Assembly: GCA_013265495.1 (NCBI GenBank)
Contig: MU058287.1
Location: 1-64,000, forward strand
Direction of reading: 5' to 3'
Length of the DNA: 64,000 nucleotides
From: Vicugna vicugna
Taxonomy: Eukaryota
How positions within the stretch are numbered: position 1 is the stretch's first letter; every line of letters starts with the position of its first letter. This document shows positions 49,381-61,899 of this stretch, one piece after another. The position numbers and the translations under genes were made by a program. The notes beneath the pieces were generated by a model. The model was not told the DNA's origin, did not search any database, and saw nothing but the letters and a program-made list of their open reading frames with translations.

Positions 49381-50879
49381 GAAGAGTCTAGGAAGATAGA
49401 ATTCAGACAGATACGAAAGGGTCTGTATCCCAATCATCTTGAGGTCATGGGGCATTCATAAAAGGTTTCCAATCATGGACTGAAATAAATACACTTAAGG
49501 TCCTAATTGCCTCTACATAATATATATTCTTTTTCTTTTCCTGGTACAGAATGTTGGTTTATTATTTATTTAATTTGGTAGTTACTATTTTTAGGTATGA
49601 CTTTATTGATATTAGAACTCTTAGCAACCAAAAATGGTCCAGAACCATTTCCATTTCTTGTTTAATTAACTCTTCCCTTCCAAGGGCCTAGTGAGCACTC
49701 ATAAACTTGTACTTGATGGAAGCAAAGCTCTCCCTTCAAGGAAGAGTCTGGTTACTGCCCTCGAGATGCAGCCCATCTTTATTTAGTGTCACTTTGACCT
49801 GGAGAGCATTTCAACGTTTTTTTCATTATTTATTTCACAAGCTTGATATGGTCTCTGTTCTTGTTTAGGTCCTACTCTAAGGAACTGAATCATAAAAGTG
49901 AAGCAGAAAGCCCTCTACAGCCTTCGAAACACAGGTCAATCTAGGGGAAAACGCATTTAGGAAACAGTGACTTTGTGAGACTTAACTTAGCAAATCAAAA
50001 GCAAAACAGTAGACTTTGCTATACAGACTTCATTCAACAACAGAACTCAGATTTATCTTCTCACCATAAACAGCTGGAGCACTGAACAAAATACACGGAA
50101 CAAATGCTTTTAGACATTTGGCAACAGGCACTGCAAGTTTGTGATCTCTGATAAAATTTTTGACTTTTTTTTTTCACCTGTAAGTTGAGCATCAGTAACC
50201 TGTGGAACAATATCAGGTGGTTTAACACATGTGTGATTTGAGTTTTGGAGAGAGGATAAGATTATTTGAAGAATAAAAATTTTGCAAATTTGATGAAAAC
50301 TTCAAAAATGCTTTCAAAGGAAAGTTAGTAATGTAAAACAACCATAACACTTTAGATCTAAATTCCAGATTACATCAATCAACATTGTGAAGTGGGGAGA
50401 GACAGTAAGGACAGTAAAAGCCTGAAAGATTTCTCATTTTACACAGGTGGTAATTAATTGATACAGTTACATTCTTAACCTTGATAAGCAGAGACAGAAA
50501 TATTTCTAACTGCTTTTAATAACAAAAGGATAATCACTAATAGAAAAAAATGCAATTTTACCTTCCAAACGACTAGAGAAATAAGAGCTAAGAAAATACA
50601 GTTGGTGAAAATATAACAGGATATATAAAAACTATTATATAATATGACCCTTCTGTACTATATATAACATATATAGGAAAATATAAAAAAGAAACACTCC
50701 CAAATTATAGCAGTGGTTGTCTCCAACAGGTTGGGATCATGGTGTTGTGGTTTGTTTTCTTATGAATGTGTTTCAACTCTTTCTAAATATTCTACAATTA
50801 GAACACTATATTTTGTGATAAAAATTAACAAACGTTAGAATTTTAAATTAAAAAACACATAAACTATGTAACCAGATAG

Positions 50880-51560
50880 ATTATATTCCATGTTGGTGAG
50901 GGTGTGAAGTAACTGGAGCTTCCATTCATTGCTGATAGGATGCAAAAGATATGCCATTGTGGAAAAACAATTTGACAGTTTCTTATAAAGTTAACATATG
51001 CTTACCATAAAACCAAGCAATCCCATTTCTAGATATTTACACAAGAGGAATGAAAACACATGTCCACCAAAAGACCTGTACATTAATATTCATAGCAACT
51101 TTATTTACAATAACCAAAACTGCAAATAACTCAAATGCTCATCAATAAGTGGTGAATGGATACACAAATTGTGGCATAAGCTTACAAAAGATGACTACAA
51201 TAAAAAAATAACAATTTACTGACATAGTCAACAACACGGGTGAGTCTCAAAACATTATCCTGAGCAAGAGAAGTCAGATGCATAATATACACTAAATGAT
51301 TCCATTTATATCAGATCCTAAAATGGCAAATTCAATTTAAATGGATAGAAAGCAGATATGACTGCTCGGGGCTCGGAGAATGACAATTGACTAGAAAAGT
51401 GCACAAGGGAATTTTGGGGGTCGACAGAATGCTCTGTATCTTGATTATGGTGATGGTTACATGACTATCTATATCTCTCCAAACTCACCAAACATTACCT
51501 TTAAAGTAGGTACATATCATTGCATGTAAATTTGTCCTCAATAAAGATGATTTTTTAAAG
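50880..51560 (+). mobile_element. L1MB/ME-type 3' end
   Basis: tgttggtgagggtgtgaagtaactgga; gacagtttcttataaagttaacatatgcttacca; ctgtatcttgattatggtgatggttacatg; cctcaataaag. Confidence 0.85.
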
Positions 51561-51799
51561 CAAAATAGTAACAGCATAATTATATGATGAAATTGAACTC
51601 TAAAGTACCATTTATCTTTTAAGGCTTTGAAATCAGAAGGTCTTGAAGTCAACATTCATCAACCCCACAAGTAACAAGTGACTTTCCTAACTTTTTCCTT
51701 ATCTTAAAAATGTGGATATGACTTAACAGGATTGTTGCAACTAAAATGCACTTCAAATTCCATGGGAAATGTGAAATTATTTTTCCATTCATCTTTTAT

Positions 51800-53885
51800 A
51801 TTTATTTTTAAATTTTTGACTTATTTTTCATATAGTTTCAGATTTATAAAAGTCACAAAGATTCTCCATACACCTTCACCCAGATTTCACAAAAGTTAAC
51901 ATCAGGTATAAACAAATGATCAAAATAAAGAAATCAACATTGGCTAGCACATTCATTGAATCTTATTCACATTTTTACCAGTCATTCCTCTAATGTCATT
52001 TTTCTCCTCCAGGAGCCAATCCATGATCACATGCTACATTTAGTTGCCACATATTCTTAATTTCCTTTCATCTGGAACTGACCCTCAATCTTTCTTTGTC
52101 TTTCATGTCCTTGTCACTTTTGAAGAGTGCTGGTCAGTTAGTTTTAGAAATATTTCTTTTTTTAAAATTTTTTATTGATTTATAATCATTTTACAATGTG
52201 TCAAATTTCCAGTGTAGAGCACAATTTTTCAGTTATACATGAACATATATATATTCATTGTCACATTTTTTTCTCTGTGAGTTACCATAAGATCTTGTGT
52301 ATATTTCCCTGTGCTATACAGTATAATTTTGTTTATCTATTCTACAATTTTGAAATCCCGTCTATCCCTTCCCACCCTCTGCCCCCTTGGCAACCACAAG
52401 TTTGTATTCTATGTCTATGAGTCTGTTTCTTTTGTATTTATGCTTTGTTTGTTTGTTTGTTTTAGACTCCACATATGAGCGATCTCATATGGTATTTTTC
52501 TTTCTCTTTCTGGCTTACTTCACTTAGAATGACATTCTCCAGGAGCATCCATGTTGCTTCAAATGGCATTATGTTGTCGGTTTTTATGGCTGAATAGTGT
52601 TCCATTATATGAATATACCACATCTTCTTTATCCAGTCATCTATTGATGGACATTTAGGCTGTTTCCATGTCTTGGCTATTGTAAATAGTGCTGCTATGA
52701 ACATTGGGGTACAGGTTTCATTTTGAAGTAGGGTTCCTTCTGGATATATGCCCAGGAGCAGGATTCCTGGGTCATATGATAAGCCTATACCTAGTCTTTT
52801 GGGGAATCTCCATACTGTTTTCCACAGTGGCTGCACCAAACTGCATTCCCACCAGCAGTGTAGGAGGGTTCCCTTTTCTCCACAGCCTCTCCAGCACTTG
52901 TCATTTGTGGATTTTTGAATGATGGCCATTCTGACTGGTGTGAGGTGGTACCTCATTGTAGTTTTGATTTGCATTTCTCTGATAATTAGTGATATTGAGC
53001 ATTTTTTTCATGTGCCTATTGATCATTTGTATGTCTTCCTAGGAGAATTGCTTGTTTAGGTCTTCTATATATATAAGCAGCTCATACGACTTAATAAGAA
53101 ACAACCAACCGAATCCAAAAATGGGCAAAAGACCTAAACAAGCAATTATCCTAGAAATATTTCTGAACTTAATGGTTATCTGATATTTTCTCAAGATTAA
53201 CTTCAGGTTACTTATTTTGGGTAAAAGTTCCACAGAAACGATATTACATCTTCTTCCCCATAGCACATCAGGAGACACGTGCTTCTGATCACCATCTTGC
53301 TGCCAGTAATGTTAGCTTTCATCAGTTGGTTAAGATGATATCTTCCAGGTTTCTTCATTGTAGTTACTATTTTCCCCATTTTAATCAATAAATAACTTGT
53401 AGAGAGATGCTTTGAGACTATATAAATATTCTATTTTTAATCACATTTTTCACCCAGTAATTTTAGCATCTATTGATGATTCTTGCCTGAAACAATAACT
53501 ACTGTGTTGGTTGCCAAGTGATGATTTTCCATTTCCACCCTTCCTTCTCTATTTGTTAGTTGGAGGAAGAGCTTTCCACTCTCCCCACATGTTTGTTTGT
53601 TTCAATTGTCTATTTACATCAGTATGCATTCATGGCTTGTTATTTTAGTCTGTGGATTTTAATCCATCATCATCATTATTAATTAATCTATATTTTGCTC
53701 AAATGGTCCCAGATTTGCCCATTGGAATTCCACTCAAATTGACTTCTGTATACTTTTGACATTTTCCCCATTATTTTTAAGCATCTCCTTACTTTCTGGA
53801 CCACAAAATATTTATGTTATATTTTTTTGGTCTCATTCCTGGAGTCAGACATTTCTCTATGGAGCTCTGCTTTCTTTTATTAGGG
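51800..53885 (-). mobile_element. L1MC-type 3' region, interrupted by a young L1
   Basis: ccatacaccttcacccagattt...catttagttgcc...ttgaagagtgctggtcag resumes after 53164 with tctgatattttctcaagatta; homologous to 57755-58830. Confidence 0.8.
52158..53151 (-). mobile_element. Young lineage-specific L1, 5'-truncated and 5'-inverted, 13-bp TSD
   Basis: T-rich tail at ~52158, 3'UTR, open ORF2p C-terminus 52462-52974 ([19 protein letters not shown]...[18 protein letters not shown]), inverted piece ~53067-53151; TAGAAATATTTCT at 52145-52157 and 53152-53164. Confidence 0.95.
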
Positions 53886-56064
53886 AATAGTTTAACTAAA
53901 TTATTAATGAAAATGAAAGCTCATATTCCACTACTTCAATGAATTCTAAAGTATTAGTCTCGGAAACAGTATGCATAGTAGGTGGTAGTAGAAGGATGAG
54001 AAAAGACATGTGGAAGCTTGGGTTTGCATCAAGTGATAGACTTTAAAATAAAAATTGTTGTTGGTTTTCATTTTTGCCAGCTGAGACATACCTTGGTATT
54101 TTACATACTCCCAAACTGACACTGGAGTCAGAAAGTGACAATGGGTGTGGGAAGGTATGAAGCTGCCATTCGAGATCCTGCTGGTGCTGCCCAGCATGCC
54201 TCAAACATGGGTCATAAAAAGGAGTGTGGAGTTAATATCTGGGTCATCATAAAATTCTGGGCTCAGAGTATGGCAAAGAGGAACTAACTTTAGAGAGTCA
54301 ATGGATGAGCCGCCTGATGTCCCAAACGACTTATTAGTTAGGAAATAATTCACAAAAAAAAGAGGCTCTGGGTAAAATTCAACCACCTGTATGTGTGGGG
54401 ATCCAAGAGTAACTTCAGTCTCTTCTGCACTGAGAAATGGGATTGAGACGCTAAGAGACACGGTTCATTGGAATTTCTGTGAAAAAGGGAAACTCAGTCA
54501 CAATTTTAAAGCAATGATTGTTATAGGGGCCATTGCACTTGGTAAACTCAGTTTTCAAAGTTACTGTCCTGATTTTTTAATCATTCTTCAGACAGCATTT
54601 CCTATCTTTTCAACACAAGAGTAAAAACTGTTATGATTAGCATGTAACTGGAATCACAGTATGTGAAGAGTAGCCCACATCCTGAAGCTACACAGGTAAA
54701 ATTCCAGGCTTTTATAAAAATGAAAAAAAACCCTCAGAAAGTAGACACTGCCACATTTCTCCATCCAGGTTGGCAAAAATAAACAGAGAAAGAGGGAACA
54801 GAGTCCTGACATTTTTTTCAGGAGTACATTGTATGCCGTTCTACATTTTCATATCTCCCCTCAAGTCTAAGTGGTTTTTTTTTTTTTAAACTTCTCCAAT
54901 TTTTTTTTAAAAAAAGTAAAGATAGAAGGAATCTCCTCCATCCTTATCCCAGTCAGGTTGGTTAACTTAGCCACGCCAGGGATAAAGAACACATCAGGCC
55001 ATTGAATTGCGCAGATAGCAAGTCCTTTTTAGGTGGGAAAGCCTAAAAAAACTATAAAGGGACCAAAAGTGTGCTAATGTGAGTCCTTTCCTGGGTTTTT
55101 CTCCACGTACTGTGCCATTTTCTACTTCGTAGGGTAGTCACATGAGCAGCTATCTCTCAATCTACCCTGGGAGATGGCCTTGAATAGCCTGGAGAAGCCC
55201 GGCAGCGCAGAAGGAGTTTCTTCTCTGGAATGTTGAGCGAGTACATTTTCACCTGATACTGTAACCCTGGATTCCTCCTTGGCTCTGAAAGCTTCTCCTC
55301 CCACGTGCTCTGCAAATCAACTTATCCTCATCCCACTATGCCTGTTTACTCCACTGCTTCATCCAATGATTGTAATGGTAACATCTGTTGCTTATCTGCC
55401 TTTTGGGAGGTTCTGGAGATGAGTGAGGTAGTATGTGATAAAATGAAAGAAAAGCACTTCAGCTCACCCTTTGCCAGGGGCATAGTGTCATTGAACACAT
55501 CATTTTCCCAGAATGTCTCCTGATTTAATAATAGAAGATGTCCTTTTACATATAAGAAAATAGAATTCCCGAAGAGTGAAGAGACTTAGTGGAAACACAG
55601 TTGAAGATGTAAATAATCCAAAATTAGAGCTCAAATTCCCAGATTTTCCAAGGCCTGTGTTTAAAACACTGTTGTCTCTCTACTCCATGGAACACATAAG
55701 AAAGTTGTATTGACACGTGCAAGACCAGCTTCACAGTTATACAAAATTGTGACTTTTTAGACCCTAAAACACAAAGCAGAGTAATTCTTCTCATGGTGGA
55801 ATGCATTTAATCAGGAGTAAGGCTATCTCAAACCATTTGAAAAATAACTTTATTGACTTTACTTTCATATCATAGCCTATTTCTAAGCATGATTTAAACT
55901 TAAAAAAATGATATGCATTCTTTCCTGGTTTAAAAAGTAATACAAGATTAATGTAAACTTTGAAAATATAGAATAATATAATGCAAAAACTGTGAAATAT
56001 AATGCAAAAAAGTAAAGATGACTATAAAGACAATCACTGTTATAATTTTGGTTAAATTCCTCCT

Positions 56065-56175
56065 AATTTTTTTTTTAATTGAGGTATAATTGACACTGTC
56101 ATTGTGGAAGTTTAAAGTGTATAACATGTTGATTTTTTTACATTTATATATTGCAATATGATTACCACCCAAAAT
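56065..56175 (-). mobile_element. Short L1 3' end inside older L1ME
   Basis: tttttttttaattgaggtataattgacac...aagtttaaagtgtataacatgttgatt...atgattaccacc. Confidence 0.75.
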
Positions 56176-56187
56176 GTTTCTGTCCAC

Positions 56188-56380
56188 GTAAATATAATTA
56201 TACTTTTGTGTATTTTATATCATATAATTACATTTAATTTTATAGATTATATATCATATCATATCATATTAACATATAGGTATTATATATCAAGGTAGTA
56301 TAGACTACTATATATTTATATCTATTATTATACTCCATTAATATTATGTATCAATAATAATTATTACAATTATTAAAAAT
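56188..56380. repeat. AT-rich low-complexity tract with (ATATC)n
   Basis: tatatatcatatcatatcatatt and surrounding TA-rich sequence. Confidence 0.7.
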
Positions 56381-56769
56381 CAGATGGTACCTACATCTTT
56401 AAAAAAAACTCCTTACATTTATTATGAAACTTTTCCTGTGAATTTATACAACCTGAATTTTAATAACTGTGAAGATTTCTGTTGGATGATTGTGCCAGAA
56501 TTTATGCAAATATTTTACAATACTTAGCTAAATAATATATTGTTGGGCCATGAAGGAGTCATTTTCTTATACTATTAACAGTGGTCAAATTAATATACAT
56601 ATGTTTGAAAATTTATGCACATCTGTCATTTTTCCCATTGAATAAATGCAAATAGGGGAAATATGTATGTATTAAAGTTTAAAAGTTTTTGTCACATGTT
56701 GCTGTATTGCCTGTAGAAAGTTTGCTTCAAGTTATACCCTTCAAAGCGCTATTTCCCTATTTCTTTCTT

Positions 56770-57210
56770 GAAACTATTAAGATTGCATTTGGCTACAGGC
56801 AACAAAAAGATCAGACCACAGTGGTTTTTAAAAGTAAGAGGTTTAATTGTTTCAGGCCACAAAAAAGTCAGGAGTCAGGGACAGCCTGATACCGGTGCTC
56901 AAGGATACCATCAGAAAGCCTGTCTTCTGATTTTCAGCTTTGCCAAATTTGGCATCTGGCTTGCATCCTCTGTGTGGCAAGATGGCTGCTGCACTTACAT
57001 ACATGTGTTAGTAAGGTTGGTCCAAAGCAGGGAGAGCTCAAAGCTTTCCCCTTGCAAAACTTCATCATTTGTTTGGAACCTGCATTCCATTGAAGGACAT
57101 CCTTGCTACAAAGATGGGTGGTTATTTATCCTTACTGATTCCATAATAGGACAAGGCAGGAAGAGGGGCTTTGAATATCTTGGGGTAGTCAGACTCAGGA
57201 CTTGCAACTT
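56770..57210. mobile_element. Old MaLR LTR (MLT1J-like)
   Basis: gattgcatttggctacaggcaacaaaaaga..agaccacagtggtttt; caagatggctgctgcac; ccttgctacaaag. Confidence 0.6.
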
Positions 57211-57754
57211 CAAATAGGACCATGGTATGCCTATTTGAAGTCTTTCAAAACATAATGCTAAAATTCCCCCCAAACGCTTGGACCAAAATACACTATCACC
57301 AGCAATGTTGAGTAGTGTCAGCTGCCCTTTTCACAGTTGTCCTGTATTTTGCTATTTTTAATTTTTAAAAATAGTTACAAATGTGTCTCCTTTACCATTT
57401 AAATTTGTTTTGCCCAGCTATATTCTTTGCCTGTTTTTCTAAGTGAGTATTTGTTGTTCACATTATGTATATAATTGTATATCATCTTTTCATTTAGTAT
57501 TATTTTATATGCATTTTCGTATGCCAGGATACTTTTTAAAAATTGACACCGAATGGCTGCCTAATATGATAATTTTATTCTTATGTTCCCCAATTTTCTG
57601 TAACTTTTTGCTATCTTGATTAATTCTGTTTCAAACAGCTTTAGGTGTAATTTTTAGTCTAAATCTTGGATTATTGGCGTCCTATGAATTAGGACTTCTA
57701 TTTACTTTGATGTTGCAGTCTAATACTCTTTTTAAAGCTAAAACTTTTTAAAAA

Positions 57755-58830
57755 CTTATTTTTAAATGAACTTTTTATTCTAGTAAAGTTCTAGATTTAT
57801 AAGAAACTTGCAAAGAGAGTACAGAAGGTTCTCATAAACCTTGTACTTAGTTTTTCCAGTTGTTAAAACCTGACATTAGCAAAGCACGTTTGTCCCAACT
57901 AAGGAGTCAGCATTGATACGTCATTACTTACTAACGTCCACACTTCACGCAGATGTCCTTAGATTCTACCTATTGTCCTTTTCCATTCCAGGATCCTACC
58001 CAGAATATCATTTATTCACATGTCTTCTTAGAATCCTCTAGACTGCGGCAGTTTCTCAGACTTGACTTTTTTTTTTTTTTTGATGACCTTGACAGTTTTG
58101 AGGAATACTATTCCAGCACATTGTAGAATCTCCCTCAATTTGTACTTGTATGATTTTTTTCCCCTCATGACTGACAGGCATTGTGAATTTGGGGAAGGAA
58201 GAACACAAAGGTAGAGCATTATTTTTACCACCTCATTTCAAGGGTACACGCTGTCAACATGACTTACCACTGACAATGTGAAGCTTGATCACCCGGCTGA
58301 GCTGGTGTTCTTAAGGCTGCTCCACTATGAGGTCACTCTTCCCCTCTTTCCCATACTGTGCTCTTTGGACCAGCATCACCATGAATAGCCCATACTTCAG
58401 GGGTAGAAGTTATTCTCCACCTCCTTGGGGAGGCACTATCTATACAAACTATTTGGAAATCTCCTGCATTGTTCATTATTCATTCATTCATTCATTTACA
58501 CCAGGAAGAAACTCATGGATATTTGTTAAATACTTTGGGTTAGAAGTCAATATTACATTATATCTTTTCATTATATCTTTTCTTGCTCAAATTGTTCCAG
58601 CTTTGGCCACCGGGAGTGCATTCTGCTGGCTCCTGTTTCCCTCTGGAATACCGCCATCTTTGATTCTGTCATTGCTGTTGAAGACTTCCTTGCTTTTTGA
58701 CACTACAAAATGCTCCAGGCTTATCTGGTGTATTGCCTGCCCCAGTCCTAGAATCAGCCATTTCCCCCAAAAGCCTAATTCTCTTATTGGAGAATAGAGT
58801 TAAAAACCATAACCTGGACACTAGGTATGT
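57755..58830 (-). mobile_element. L1MC-type 3' region
   Basis: agatttataagaaacttgcaaagagagtacaga; ttccaggatcctacccaga; gatgaccttgacagttttgagga; aaatgctccaggcttatc...cctagaatcagccattt. Confidence 0.9.
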
Positions 58831-60639
58831 TAGAACTTTGTATCTTGTAATCATGGATATGTTTTCTCCAATTTTAATCTAATTCTCACTATAAACATTA
58901 TAGGTATATATACATAATATATGTATTTAATATAAGCCTATTCTTTTTTTCCTTTTTCAGTCTTATTATGTAGAATTATTACAGTTTGACTGCACATACA
59001 CATTATATTGCATGTAATTTAAGCCTATTCTTTGTTTCCTGTTTTTGACAGAAATAAAGCAAGGATGTTTCCAAACATGCACTAGGTTTCCTTTACTTTT
59101 AGGGCGAGTAAGGGTGATGCATGGACATTTGCTTGATGGGCAGAGGCCTCTTCAGCCTTCCTGAGGTTCACCTGAAGTCCCCAGCCTCAGCCTTCTGGTC
59201 ACCTTTCACAAGCTCTGTGAACTTGAATAGGAGGAAGCAGCAGCTCCAGGTTGTTGCTCTGCATCACCTCAGTAAACCCAGCCCTGAAAAGGCACTCCTA
59301 TTCTAGTCTCTTTTCCTTCACACCTCCTACATATAGTCCCAAGATTCTGCCTCTGAAAAAAAAATTTATATAGCAATGTGGTAACTGAGCAAAATACACT
59401 CTGATTTGAAGCTCCATTTTGTACCATTCCATTTTTAACACCATTTTTATGAAACGACAAAACAAGAACAGATTTGAGAAACATGAGGAGCCTCATTCAT
59501 TTTTATGCAGGCATTGTAGGCATTGTACAATGACAGAGCCCACTGGCATCAGAGCTAAAATAAGAACTGAGAAGTAGTGTAATGGGGACTCCATCAATCA
59601 CATTAACAGCAAATGGCACACTAATCATTTATCTATTATTTATAATACAGATAAGTGTATCCTGTCTAGACTGAAGAAGCACTTAAATACAAAGGTGTCA
59701 ATAATTACAAATAGAGAATAACTTTATTAAATAATAATAGACATTAATTATAAATTAAAATGAGTGGAATATAAGGAAAAACACCTTCTAGATTGTGTTC
59801 ATTGACACAGTCTATTCTATGAAATTGTTAAAGGAATTAGGGTTTATGTTAGCTGCTAAATCTGATTTTGGGAGTTGGGTAAAAAAATACTTGTTTAGAT
59901 TTTTCAAATTAAATAACATACTTGTTAGAAAAAGGATCCTGAAATGAGAAGAATTGTTAATTTACATAACCAATGGTTTTGGTATTTCCAGATATATTTA
60001 TTTGATCTTCAAATTTTTACTATATCAATTTCATGTCCAATAAAAAGAACTGAAGCAAATAGTTTACCTTGATCAAATTTACCAGTCATGACTTCTGTAG
60101 CCTTAAACAAGGAAAGATCACTGTTAAAAGACAACCACTATTATAATTTTGGTCAGTAAAAGCCACAAAATGTAGTGTAGAATTGAATATATATTTAGAT
60201 AAAGTCAGGAAATAGCCCGCAAATCCTCCTAAATTTTTTTTTCATTCAAGAACAGTTTCAGCTTTTTTTGCTGAGTATAAGTTAAAAGCACATTTTAAGA
60301 ACAGTATCACTGAAAAACAGAATCAACTTTGTCAATAAAGATGAGTTTGTAGATTAAAACTTGAAATCATTCTAAATTTAACCTACTCCCGCTCTTTCTC
60401 TTTCTTTCCTTCACCTCTCCCTTTCCTTTTTCTCTCCCCTCCTCTTTCCTACTGTTCCTTCTTTTGCTCATTCCCATTTTCTTTATTTTTCATTCTAATA
60501 GGTTTTAAATCCTTGCTTAGATGACTCTGCTTTGAATTCCTCCACATTCTAACATTATTATCAATTCCCTGTGAATTAGTAACCTGGATATATATACCCT
60601 GAAGCATTTTGTTAAAATCTGCAATTATATTTGAGAACT

Positions 60640-60805
60640 ATAAACATCTAGTTCAAGCCCATCTTTTGATAAAGAAATTGAGGTTTAGTGTTTAGAAAGG
60701 TTGTTCAAGATGAGCTATATAATTTCACGTATTAATAAGTAGCAGAACTGGGCCTAAACCCAGTAGTCTTACCTCCTAGTCAAATACACATGTTACTGCA
60801 CAATG
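60640..60805 (-). mobile_element. MIR
   Basis: cccatcttttgataaagaaattgaggtttag; ttgttcaagat; aataagtagcagaactgggcctaaacccag. Confidence 0.65.
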
Positions 60806-61899
60806 TTGCCTTCATTCCATAAAAATTATTTTGTTTGCAGAGTTACTCTTGAAATTTCCCTTCCTATAAGGAGAAAGGCAAGTGTGCGCCAATAACTGTT
60901 TGCCTAGACTTTATCAACTGGATTCCAGCCGGATGTTGTGAATCCTTTTACAGCCTAACTTTATTATCTCTTTAAAAGGAAAGGCTGAGAAAGATTCATG
61001 ATTCTCTTACTTAGATGAAAGTGTCAGCTAATTAATAATTCACAAAATTAATTTACTACCATATGGATTTCCTTTCCATCAAACTCTTTTTTACAAATAT
61101 GTATGGGGTAAAATTTTAATAAACAGCAGTGTTTTTTAAATTGTCTTGCTGAAGACTTATAAAGCTGTAAAGGAGATGAAATTTGTTGGCCTTGAAGGTG
61201 ATGCTGTAAAGATATACAGTTACTTGTTCAAAGAGGCATGTTCATTTGTATATTTGGGGCTGTTCTTTATTGTGTAGCTGTGGCCTATTTGCTGTAATTT
61301 TCTCTGAGGGAATTTCTGCTTCCAACACAAGTGTTTTGTGTCCCAGAAGAGCACCCAAGTTAATTTCTAATATTCTTTTTATTCCCTACGAGTCAATGTC
61401 CTGCTACATTAAAGATATGTTTTCATGTCCTTAGAGCATCTCTCTGCCCAAACTAGCAGCTGCGTCAGATGGTTTTACCTGATAGCAACTGCTTATCACC
61501 TTCCTTGGCTTTCAGTGACGGTGCATGGAACAACGGAAGACTATTTAGAGACGTTTAAAAAATGGCTCGATAGATCACATTATTGGTTTGACACACACGG
61601 GTTTCTGATTTTCTTTGACTGGGGGACCCAACCCTGCTCTGGCAGTTGCGTTGCAGTTGGGGGTTGTTGACTCTCTGGCGCCACACACTGGCATCCTGAT
61701 CCCAGGCAAATCCTTCTAGACCCTCCATCCATCACCGCAGCAGATAATCCCAGAGAAACCAATGGAGAAAGCAAGGTAAAAATCTCTGTGAAACCTGTCT
61801 GACTCCAGAGATTTAGGACTACCCTAAGTAATTTTATTTTAAAATTTCTTTCCTTTAGACATTTAAAATCAGAGCTATGTGCAAATTTAGTTCTGAGTT

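Noticed and set aside
52462..52974. Intact-looking 170-aa ORF as a host gene
   Set aside because: It is the L1 ORF2p C-terminus of a truncated copy; a +1 frameshift (A7 run) and a TAG lie just upstream.
56768..58797. ORFs of 149 aa and 156 aa
   Set aside because: They fall within an MLT1 LTR and an antisense L1MC 3' region.
61425..61775. 81-aa ORF ending GGC-TGA and continuing in frame to the donor (selenocysteine/readthrough idea)
   Set aside because: No homology to a selenoprotein family and no SECIS evident; a 35-codon open stretch after a stop is common by chance.
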